Shown here one piece after another: positions 1 to 9,640 of a stretch of 51,937 bases of DNA. The notes beneath the pieces were generated by a model. That model was not told the DNA's origin. It did no database searches and was given only the letters and a program-made list of their open reading frames with translations. Position 1 is the stretch's first letter; each line of letters starts with the position of its first letter. The translations under genes and the position numbers were made by a program. The stretch covers positions 1,860,001-1,911,937 of the forward strand of contig OZ025780.1 in NCBI GenBank assembly GCA_964019425.1, in the 5' to 3' direction. This DNA comes from Flectonema sp. DT1601 (taxonomy: Eukaryota).

Positions 1-2302
1 GTATAGGTACTGTATTGTAATAACGCGATTGTTTTGCAATGTAATCAGTTCACTTTCACATTTCAATTCCCCAAATGACCTTCCCGGCGCAACATTTCTT
101 TATTTTCTTTTTTTTAAATAATTTTTATAAACACTTTCTTTTCGTTGATTTCGTACCTTTCTTTTAAAGTCTAGCGAATGGCATTCCTTCCGTGGTGATT
201 CCCCTGAACGCACAAACAAATACGCCTTGCGTGTCGGGGGGAAAGGTTTTGCCGCTGACTTTAGGTTATTAATTTGTTGTTTGTTCTGTTAGTTTGTTTG
301 CAATCATTCTTTCTTCTTTTTGTTATCAGGAAGGACATGTCACAAGTGATGTGGTGGAGAGGAAGTGGGGGGAGGAGAGTAAGTTAAGTGGAAAATGGTA
401 CCACTTGCCGTGTGATGGAAGGAGGGATCGTTGAGAGGGCTTTGCGGTGATGGTGACATGAGAGGGTGTTTGCAATTTTGTAACTTTTGTATATTTTTCA
501 ATTTTTTTTAACAGGAGCTGAACTTATGATGAGGTGAGCAGAAGCTTCACTAAACCTCCTCGCGGTGTGTGTGTATGCATGTATGTGTTGTGCGTTGTTT
601 GTTGAAACTCTGACGAGTTCTCATTACCCTTTGTGTGTGTTGTGTGTTCATACGTGTAGTTTGAGTGCTCGTGTGTCTGTGTCAGATGTTTCTGTGAAAC
701 TATTTCTTTTGCCTTCCTTGATTTTTCTGAACTTGTTCTTCGTGTTGTGATTTGTGGTGAAGTTGTGTTGTGTTGTGTTTTTATTTGTAGCTACTAATTC
801 CGATTTCGTACAAAAGGCGATTATCTGTTTTGATTTCTCTTTTACTCATCCACCCGTTGCATTTAAAGGCTAGAAAATCCTGGAGAAGAACCAACGTAGA
901 GATGAACAAGGCAGAGTTTTATTGAAAAAAGCAAGACGAAAGTTTGAACAGAACTATTCAAAGAAGTTAATAATAGCCGACGGAAATGATAAAGAAGACA
1001 GAAAAAAAATGCTAACGAACCCCCTCATTGGATTCGAAGATTTGCGAGCCACGAAGTGAAGAGAATAATAAAATGCAGGCAATCATAGTAGCACGCAGCG
1101 GCTCTTGAAATTAAGAGATAACGGAAGAAGAAGCGGTTGAAAGATTGCCCCTGGTTCTGTACGAAGATGCTTCACCCTTATGAAAAGAAAATAGACTTTA
1201 ACGCAAGTATTCATAAGAAGTTACTGCCATCCGGCTTACCGACCAAAACATCCTATGGCCTCAGTAGGACGTTAGGATCGAAAGTATTTAACACGAACAC
1301 GATCGAACTAGAACAGGCACTTCTACTAAAGAAGAGAATTGTAATGCCAAACATGTTGCAGGACATTGTTCTTCTTTGAAATGTAGCACTCAATTGAGGG
1401 AAGTGTTAAAGTTATGAATACTTTACCGTATTCACTGTTCACAACATGAGATGACACAAGAACTTCATGAAGCAGCTGATGGATTTACCGACAAGGTCAC
1501 CAGATATATGTCAGGCGCATAAATAGATGGCTGAAATTAGAACTCTCGGCACAATTAAAACCTACCTAACGATGCAACTTTGGCAAAATGTGAAAGATCT
1601 AATCTGGTACATGAATTAAAAACTATATGAAACTTGCTATAACGTAGGGGTGGTTACCGAGTAATGGCGCCTCTGTTTTATGTTTTATGTTTTATTCCCT
1701 GTATCAGGCTTTTTGGCCTTTAATCTTTTGGGGCATCCTTTCTGTTGTTCTTGCTCTCTGTTAATTTTAATTCTCTGTTTCATTCAGTTTTTCTTAGAAA
1801 ACGCAAAATGAACTTAAAACAAATAATCCTCTGCCAAAGCTTTTTGCAACAGACATTAAATTTTGTGTCTACTGCTTCCCTCCTTCGTTCCTTCTCAGTT
1901 CCTCTTTCTTAGTTGCCCATTTTTATCTTCTTGATGTGGTACTTCAGTTTCAGGGTTTTACCTTCCACAATCTTTTGGGAAGGCAAAACCCTGAACCATA
2001 GCAGCATCTTCTTTCCACATCCCCTTGGCCTTTTGCAATGTTTCAGGATCTGCCTTCCCTTTTTCAATTGCAGTTTCTTGGGCAGCTGCACCCTGCAAGT
2101 AATCGAAGCTGTTGTTCGGGAAAAAGGGTCACCGTATTGTGTGTTCTTTCAAAATTCCTTTAAATTTGAATTAAATTTGAAAAAGTGAAACAGGGTTCGA
2201 AATCTGAATGGTAATTGTCCTTCCATGCTTTGCACCTGTTGAAATAATAAAACTTAAAAACTACACACGCACCAAAAACAAGCGATTACACTAGAACGCG
2301 CG

Positions 2303-2483
2303 AACCCACAAACCTGCAAACCCTTACCACTTGGGAACCTTGCAAATGGCAGTGTTTAATTTATCTAATATCATTTTCTCTTGTTTTCATTTCATTATTT
2401 ATTGCGAATTTCGTAATATCATCCTTTGTCTTTTCTGCTCTAGTGTGCAACGAAGTTTGAGTTCTCATCTTCGATCATTTCCT
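2303..2483 (+). mobile_element. Diverged A-type terminal repeat of a YR retrotransposon, preceded by degenerate AAACCCGC units (duplicate at 12075-12255)
   Basis: aacccac-aaacctgc-aaaccc is followed by cttgggaaccttgcaaatggcag...cgtaatatcatcctttgtcttttctgctctagtgtgcaacgaag, shared with the family-2 A repeat at 7218/26923/28600. Confidence 0.75.
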
Positions 2484-2920
2484 AGAATTCATTCAGGTAA
2501 TCAAGCTTAGCACCGGAAAGAAATAATCAAAGGAATCAGACAGAAAAGTGTATGATTCCGAAGTTGGAAAAATGAACAAAACAACAGACATTTTTTATAT
2601 ATTCTTTAGCCTTCTATTTTTTCAAAAAGAAATTCTTTATACAGCTCGATCACTTCTTTCTCTCACACTCACGTTTTCGAAGCGGTCGGAGCTTCAGGAG
2701 CAACTACTGATAGCATCCGAAGATCCTGTAGAAAAGGCGAATGCCTTGATAGTAAAAAAGAAGAGAGCACGCCCACCAACCTTTGTAAAGAAACTGAATG
2801 TGGGTAACCGCTTTCAGTTCAGACCGAAGGGAAACTTTAACGCCGGGGGGGGCTCACGTCTACAGGCGAAGTGAACCGCGGGAACCCCTTCTATCGCAAG
2901 TCAGCATGGAGCTGCAAGTT

Positions 2921-3405
2921 CGTCCAGCCTGGGACTGTACAGGAACAAAAATCAATTGAAGGCCGATCTGTCGTTGAGAACGGTGTCCGACCTGGGACTG
3001 TACAGGAACGTAAAACTATTGCAAGTCGATCTGTCAGAGAGAACACCGTCCGACCTGGGACTGTACAGGAACGCAAATCAATTACAAATCGATCTGTCAG
3101 TGGGAACTCCGTCCGACCTGGGACTGTACAGGAACGCGAATCAATTACAAGTCGATCTGTCAGTGGGAACTCCGTCCAACCTGGGACTGTACAGGAACGC
3201 AAATCAATTACAAGTCGATCTGTCAGTGGGAACTCCGTCCAACCTGGGACTGTACAGGAACGCAAATCAATTACAAGTCGATCTGTCAGTGGGAACTCCG
3301 TCCGACCTGGGACTGTACAGGAACGCGAATCAATTACAAGTCGATCTGTCAGTGGGAACTCCGTCCAACCTGGGACTGTACAGGAACGCAAATCAATTAC
3401 AAGTC
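2921..3405 (+). repeat. 63-bp tandem repeat, ~8 units
   Basis: Unit ccgtcc(g/a)acctgggactgtacaggaacgc(a/g)aatcaattacaagtcgatctgtcagtgggaact; first units diverged; last unit cut at ...acaagtc. Confidence 0.95.
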
Positions 3406-3458
3406 AAACCCGCAAACCCGCAAACCCGCAAACCCGCAAACCCGCAAACCCGCAAACC
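3405..3458 (+). repeat. (AAACCCGC)n telomere-like tract, left flank of YR element 1
   Basis: About 6-7 perfect units ending ...cgcaaacc. Confidence 0.95.
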
Positions 3459-3698
3459 AACACTCAGACTGGGAACTGCACAAAAGGCAAGTGAAGTACG
3501 ATATACTCTTATAATATTTTCCTTTTCATTAATCAACATTAAATGTTGTTTAAGTATCATTTTTGTTCTCTTGTTATTACTTCAGATTTATCATTTTACT
3601 GTTCTCTTATCAATATTTCATTGTACTCATTTATTCAGGCTAGGAAGGGTCTTAACGCAAAGCGTTTTCGGAGGGACGATCGACACCGTGGAGACACG

Positions 3699-4580
3699 AT
3701 GGAAGTAAGGGTGGACCACGACACAGCGTTGGAGCGCCTGGGGGTGGTCGTCGCGTCGATGTGGGCGGACGAAACCTCGTCGAAGCGCAGAAACCTCTGG
3801 GGTCGGTTGGAACAATGGGCGTTGGCTCAGCGTCTGCCAATGTCTGCCGAAACAGCTGCGTTGTTCGTGCTGGCCACAGACGTGAGACCGCAGGGACAGC
3901 TGCAATACGCAAAGGCGCTGTCCGGGATCTACCGACACCTTGGTCTGGAAAACCAACCGCTCCTCAGCCTGGCAAGCGCGCTGAGGGCAAAAGGGGCGGC
4001 CGTTCCGCGTTCGCAAGCAGTTCCCATGTCAAAGGAGCAGCTGTTGGGTTGGGCGAGAAGTCTAACGGGACGTTTGAGGCTCGCGGCGCTGGTGTGTTGG
4101 AAGTCGGCTTCCCGGTGGGGAGAAGTGCACGTGCTGACGTCGGCGCATTTCGTTCTGGTGGAGGACGCGGAAGTGATCGTGGACTGGGGGACGTCGCCAA
4201 AACACCGGAGAGCAAACCCGTTCGTGCCGTCCCGTTGGGCGGTCTTGCGGGGGGATCTGGTCGGGGAGATCGCAAGCTTGTTTCGGGAGCTGGCTCCTTT
4301 CGATCGGCTGACGGATGTCACCACCGAGCGGTTGGCAGAGTTGTGGCGGGGGACTCCGGGAATGCGGGGTTTTACGGGCCACTCGATAAAACGAGGCGCC
4401 GCCGCGGCTTTGATGCGAGCGATGGCCGAGGGAAGGCTCACAGAAGGGTACCTGGTATCACGACTGTTGAAGCACGCCGAAGACGGAACCAACATCTCTG
4501 CAACAACGATCAGGTATTCGTCGGATTTCGTGGACACCGCCCGAGCGCTGCAAACGTGGAAGGTCACCATCCTGCTGTAG
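3699..4580 (+). CDS. Tyrosine recombinase (ORF track start 3543; likely ATG 3699, just after A1)
   Basis: Catalytic motifs KSASRWGE (R), GHSIKRGAA (HxxK/R-R), LLKH and TIRY (Tyr nucleophile). Confidence 0.88.
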   Translation: MEVRVDHDTALERLGVVVASMWADETSSKRRNLWGRLEQWALAQRLPMSAETAALFVLATDVRPQGQLQYAKALSGIYRHLGLENQPLLSLASALRAKGAAVPRSQAVPMSKEQLLGWARSLTGRLRLAALVCWKSASRWGEVHVLTSAHFVLVEDAEVIVDWGTSPKHRRANPFVPSRWAVLRGDLVGEIASLFRELAPFDRLTDVTTERLAELWRGTPGMRGFTGHSIKRGAAAALMRAMAEGRLTEGYLVSRLLKHAEDGTNISATTIRYSSDFVDTARALQTWKVTILL

Positions 4581-4612
4581 TTGCGGAGGACGTTGGCGAC
4601 GAAGGTGAGGCG

Positions 4613-6259
4613 ATGGAAGCGGTGGCGCGGCTGTCTCCGTGCACGACGCACAGCATCATCAGGAGGGGCAAGCGGACAAGACTGCCGTCGACGGCGGAGG
4701 AACGTTCGTCGCCTTTGCATGTGAGTGGCGTTGAGACGATGGATGTTGACGGACTCAGAAGTAGGATGACTGATGTTGCGAGGGAGAGGTTCGATCAGGT
4801 GTGGAACTTGACCTTTTACCCGGAGGTGGGGAAGTTGAGTCGCTCGTCGTCTACTTCATCTTTCGCTGGGAGGCACGCTGCGGAGTTGCTGAGGAACGGG
4901 ATCGCGCGAGCTGCGAGTGGACCGGGGAGAGCGGTGAACGTTCCATTCACCGTGGTGGAGGAGAAGCCGGAGGGACTGCGGCAGCGGTTCATCCTTTGGA
5001 CGAGGGATGCGAATGGTTGGGCCGAAGAAGCTTACGAAGCTCACGTCCCGCTGTTCCACATCTCAAAATATTTGGATCGGGTTCTGACCGAGGTTGGCTC
5101 GACACGGGATTTCAAGACAGGTTTTTATGCTATTGAAATCCCGGAGGAAGCGAGAGATCTCTTCCGATTCAAGACGACGGAGGGTGAATGGTTCGAGCTG
5201 TGCCGTTTACCGATGGGGCATGTCTGCGCGCCGGAGCTTATGCACTCTTTGGCAGCGGCGGCTGCGGGGGATCCAGCTTACGTGCGACGTCAGTGGGCTG
5301 CCAGGGATGTTGGCGTTGACGTGTTCATCGACAACATTCGGTACACGGGGACGGAAGGCGCGGTGTTGGCGGCGACGGTGAATCTCGATGCTGCGGCGGC
5401 GGACTTCCGTCTTACATGGAAGCCGTCTGACTCGAATACGGCGGTGAGCAAGTACACGTTTTTGGGTGTGGACTTTGACCACGAGGCGTCGTCGGTCATG
5501 CCGTCAGCGAAGATCCGGCGGAAGTTGGCGGCGGTGGACTTGTCGTCTGTGACGGCGAGTCAGTTGGAGTCGATGGCTGGGAGGCTGATGCATGCGTCGG
5601 CGATCGCTGCGGCGTCTCCGGGGAAATACTGGTATGCCTTGAAGTTCTTGCGGAGGTTGTCGAACGGCTTGAACCGCGGGGTGAGGCAGGTGCATGATGT
5701 GGTGTCGGTCCCTGTTTCGGTCGCGATGGAGTTGCGCAGTTGGTCGGCTGCCGCTGTGACGAGGAGGGTGGTTGCGCGGGAGCCGGCTGAAGATGAATTC
5801 ACGACGTTCGTGGATGCTTCATTGAGAGGTTGGGGCGGAGTCGTTGTGAACGACAGGACGGCCGAGGTTACTGTCTTGGGGGATGCGTGGGGTCCTTCGG
5901 AACAGTCGCTCCACATCAATGTTCTCGAGGGGATGGCGTTCAGGAACACGGTCTCGGGGATGCCGGTTTGCTGTGATGGTAAGCGGATGACCATCTGGAT
6001 CGACAACACGTCCGTCATTGGCGTAGCACGGAAGAAGATGTCAGTCCGATCGCAACGGCTGAACGATGCGGTCGTGCAGGCCATCGATGTGCTGGCAGAC
6101 AGAAAGGTTAGTTTCTGTATTGCCTATGTGAAGTCGGCGCTGAACCCAGCAGACTTGCCATCGAGGGTGGATCCAGGAGTTATAGGCTCATCGGAGCATC
6201 AGCGGGAAGTTGAACTTGCGGTGAGGGCCTTTCTGACTCGCGATGTGGTGGTGGTGTGA
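4613..6259 (+). CDS. Reverse transcriptase-RNase H of DIRS-group type (frame open from 3761; true start uncertain)
   Basis: RT motifs RDFKTGFY, RLPMG, FIDN (YxDD variant), YTFLG. RNase H motifs FVDASLRGWG, HINVLEG, WIDNTS, NPADLPSR. Confidence 0.9.
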   Translation: MEAVARLSPCTTHSIIRRGKRTRLPSTAEERSSPLHVSGVETMDVDGLRSRMTDVARERFDQVWNLTFYPEVGKLSRSSSTSSFAGRHAAELLRNGIARAASGPGRAVNVPFTVVEEKPEGLRQRFILWTRDANGWAEEAYEAHVPLFHISKYLDRVLTEVGSTRDFKTGFYAIEIPEEARDLFRFKTTEGEWFELCRLPMGHVCAPELMHSLAAAAAGDPAYVRRQWAARDVGVDVFIDNIRYTGTEGAVLAATVNLDAAAADFRLTWKPSDSNTAVSKYTFLGVDFDHEASSVMPSAKIRRKLAAVDLSSVTASQLESMAGRLMHASAIAAASPGKYWYALKFLRRLSNGLNRGVRQVHDVVSVPVSVAMELRSWSAAAVTRRVVAREPAEDEFTTFVDASLRGWGGVVVNDRTAEVTVLGDAWGPSEQSLHINVLEGMAFRNTVSGMPVCCDGKRMTIWIDNTSVIGVARKKMSVRSQRLNDAVVQAIDVLADRKVSFCIAYVKSALNPADLPSRVDPGVIGSSEHQREVELAVRAFLTRDVVVV

Positions 6260-7087
6260 CGGTGCCAACCTTTCCCCCGGCCGATTTTAGGCCGTGGTCG
6301 AACATGCAATTGTACAAGCATGCGGTGCCGTTTTCCCATTACCCCTTCGTGAATGAGTTGCTTCGTGTTAACTTGGTTCTCCTTTGTCTTTCTCATCATC
6401 ATTTTATTCAGCTGAGAAAATGGGAAAGCTAAGACGACATGAGGCTTATGATGCTAGTATCTTGTTATGTGGTTAATTCGTGTGATTGTTTTTATCAGAC
6501 TCTCCTTTATGACTTTTCCTTTTCAACAGTACTTCACTGAGAATGCCGAGCGGTTCCCAACACTCAGACTGGGAACTGCACAAAAGGCAAGTGAAGTACG
6601 ATATACTCTTATAATATTTTCCTTTTCATTAATCAACATTAAATGTTGTTTAAGTATCATTTTTGTTCTCTTGTTATTATTTCAGATTTATCATTTTACT
6701 GTTCTCTTATCAATATTTCATTGTACTCATTTATTCAGGCTAGGAAGGGTCTTAACGCAAAGCGTTTTCCCACCCGCCCTACCCCTGTGACGGTGCCAAC
6801 CTTTCCCCCGGCCGATTTTAGGCCGTGGTCGAACATGCAATTGTACAAGCATGCGGTGCCGTTTTCCCATTACCCCTTCGTGAATGAGTTGCTTCGTGTT
6901 AACTTGGTTCTCCTTTGTCTTTCTCATCATCATTTTATTCAGCTGAGAAAATGGGAAAGCTAAGACGACATGAGGCTTATGATGCTAGTATCTTGTTATG
7001 TGGTTAATTCGTGTGATTGTTTTTATCAGACTCTCCTTTATGACTTTTCCTTTTCAACAGTACTTCACTGAGAATGCCGAGCGGTTC

Positions 7088-7217
7088 CCCGCAAACCCGC
7101 AAACCCGCAAACCCGCAAACCCGCAAACCCGCAAACCCGCAAACCCGCAAACCCGCAAACCCGCAAACCCGCAAACCCGCAAACCCGCAAACCCGCAAAC
7201 CCGCAAACCCGCAAACC
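7088..7217 (+). repeat. (AAACCCGC)n tract, ~16 units, between YR elements
   Basis: Perfect units ending ...gcaaacc before the family-2 A repeat. Confidence 0.95.
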
Positions 7218-8369
7218 TTTCCTTGGGAACCTTGCAAATGGCAGTTTTAAATTACGTAATATCATCCTTTGTCTTTTCTGCTCTAGTGTGCAACGAAGTT
7301 TGAGTTCTCATCTTCGATCATTTTTCCTCAATTTAGACGAGTCCGATCATGGGCAAAAAGTGTTGCGCCGACCTGGCTGCAGACACTGTCTCTAGATAAG
7401 GCATTTTACATTTAACAATTGTTTCAGATGTGCAAATTCCGTGTGTTATAAAACAAGCTTGCATTATTACAAGTTATCCTTGGGAACGTGTCCCTCAATA
7501 TATCAGAAAATTATTCATCGTTTAACTTTTCCATTTTGTCATTCTTTACGCTTTATCACACGAACTTTGTCGGTTGCCGATGGGCCATGTGTGTGCGCCG
7601 GAGATCATGCACACGCTGGCCGCGGCGGCTGCCGGCGACCCTGCGTACGTCCTGCCGGAGTGGCGTGTGCGGGGTGTACGGGTTGATGTCTTCATAGACA
7701 ACATCCGGTATACAGGTGAGGCTGGTATGGTACTTGCAGCTACGGCGAACCTCGATGCGGCTGCAGGTGACTTTTGTTTAACCTGGAAACCAGCTGACAG
7801 CTTTACTGCGGAGACGAAGTACACTTTCTTGGGGGTGGACTTCGACCATCGGGAGTCGGAGGTGAAGGTATCGACGAAGATATGTCGGAAGCTGCAGGGT
7901 GTGGACATGGACAATGTGACGGCTGGGCAACTTGAGTCGATGGGTGGAAGGTTGATGCACGCTTCGGCGGTGGCCGGGGAGACACCGGGAAAATACTGGT
8001 TTGCATTGAAGTTCCTCCGGCGCTTGGCGAACAATCTGAATGCCGGGAGGAGGTTGGTCGGGGACAGAGTCCATGTTCCGGTTTCTATTTCGACTGAGTT
8101 GCGGGAGTGGGCGGCTGGTGCGACGGCTTCGAGACGGATGCTCGCTCCGTTTGATGGGGCGGAGCAGAAGTTCTCCATCTTCATCGATGCCTCGAAGATG
8201 GGATGGGGAGGAGTCGTTGTGAACGACGTGACGGCCGAGGTAGTGGTGATGGGGGACTCCTGGGATGCGGAACAGTGCATGCTGCACATTAACATCCTGG
8301 AGGGTCTAGCATTCAGCAAGGCGATGCAGCAGATGTCGCCGGAGCTGGATGGTTGCACGATAGCCATCT
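7218..8369 (+). mobile_element. YR retrotransposon family 2, internally deleted and 3'-truncated copy (near-identical to 26923-28074)
   Basis: A repeat joined directly to the RT motif ELCRLPMG. Homology stops inside RNase H at ...gccatct 8369. Confidence 0.88.
7561..8369 (+). pseudogene. Partial RT-RNase H
   Basis: PMGHVCAPE, FIDNI, YTFLG, FIDASKMGWG and HINILEG present. The ORF tail beyond 8369 is unrelated low-complexity sequence. Confidence 0.85.
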
Positions 8370-8695
8370 ATAACTTTGTTTTATATACCTTTCTTTATTT
8401 GTTTTGTATACCTTTCTTTATTTGTTTTGTGTACCTTTCTTTGCTTTGTTTTGGATACCTTTCTTTATTTGTTTCCGCGGGAGGGAAGGCGCACGCTGCC
8501 GACCGATCCCCCCGCTCCAATGTTGTTCTCGTTGATGTTGTGGATGTGATGGTCCAGTCTGCTGTCTTCCTTTTTTTTTTTCCCCTTCTCTTTTCTCTCA
8601 CTCTCTCGCGGTGGCAAGTGCTCTGGTCTTTTGAGAGGCTGGGAAAAAGGAAAACCAGTTTTGCTGATTTTCACCCTTTTTTTTTGTTTTTACTG

Positions 8696-8778
8696 CGAGA
8701 GAGACGGAACGAGAGATACAGAGAGAGAGAGAGAGAGAGTGACAATGCAAAGAAAACAAAACTGACCTTTTACGTATT

Positions 8779-8812
<34 letters not shown>

Positions 8813-9380
8813 AAAAAAACAATTTCACCCTGGTTTTGTTTGTGCTGCTCCTCGATCATAGGGATACTCTTGCGGCAGTTGTCGAGTATCCCGTAAAAAC
8901 TACCACAACAAAAACAACAAAAACATTTACCAACTCGATTCTCACTTCCTGTTCCTTGGTGAGTTTTAGCAAAAGCTGACCAACTCGACTCACGCAGCAG
9001 CTGCAGTTCCTCGCCGAGACGGAACCAGCCTCAATGATCCGAGTTGAGCGCCCACTCAGTTGGTCATCGGAGTGTAGTTATCAGCGGATTTCCTGGTTTC
9101 TCGCACAGAGAGCCAGGTTTCCCAACATAGCAACGCTTGTGGCAAAACTTGTCGTGGGAGGCTACTCGGGATTGGAGGTTGGCAGGTAAATGGGGGAAGC
9201 GAATGAAGAGAGGAGGAGACGCACGAGAGAGAATGGCAATATGTATGCGAGTGAGCCAGCTGCTGTGCTGCTGTGATTTGATTGGTATTTTTGCTAAGCA
9301 GTGTATTTCTTGCTCTGTGAACTGTTTTTGATGTTCAGGACGTGTTCATATTACTGAGGAAGGAGCCACCATCTGAGATC

Positions 9381-9412
<32 letters not shown>

Positions 9413-9603
9413 GGTGGTGTGCGGTTAAATCTCTAATTTTGGTAAATGAAATTCAATCTTTTGCAGCAATATACTTATCGTCTCTCTCTCTGTGACATTT
9501 TCGATTTAGAAAAAGTAAAATCCTGTGATCAGTACTGCTTTCATTCGTCACCCATGTGGGTTGTTGTTGTCTTGTCTTTTTTCTTCTTTTTTTTCGTGCC
9601 TGC

Positions 9604-9636
<33 letters not shown>

Positions 9637-9640
9637 GATG
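8696..9640. repeat. Microsatellite-rich segment: (GA)n, (GAT)n/(GGT)n, (GTCGTT)n
   Basis: Directly visible at ~8720, ~8780, ~9380-9419 and ~9604-9635. Confidence 0.85.

Larger units (their letters stand above)
1..3438 (+). repeat. Segmental duplication, copy 1 (matches 9773-13588, offset 9772, apart from 63-mer copy number)
   Basis: Sequence from base 1 recurs at 9773. Identical ORF translations at 565/10337, 1137/10909 and 2548/12320. Confidence 0.95.
3459..7089 (+). mobile_element. YR retrotransposon family 1 (VIPER/TATE/Ngaro-like) with split direct repeats A1 3459-3669, B1 6255-6558, A2 6559-6769, B2 6786-7089
   Basis: YR and RT-RNase H ORFs. A1 and A2 differ at one base that I noticed (3580/6680); B1 matches B2. 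Perfect AAACCCGC repeats flank both sides. Confidence 0.92.

Noticed and set aside
565..2188. Short ORFs in the duplicated block
   Set aside because: Short, non-ATG starts and no recognisable motifs; spliced exons cannot be excluded.
2871..3708. ORFs over the 63-mer (also 12643-13776) as protein genes
   Set aside because: Open in several frames and both strands because the unit is a multiple of three; no independent coding evidence.
3459..7089. LTR retrotransposon or prophage integrase
   Set aside because: Repeat order is A..B-A-B; no DDE integrase, protease or phage genes.
8370..8896. Hydrophobic tail of ORF 7574-8896 as a membrane-anchored RT
   Set aside because: Read-through from a truncation into T-rich and microsatellite DNA.
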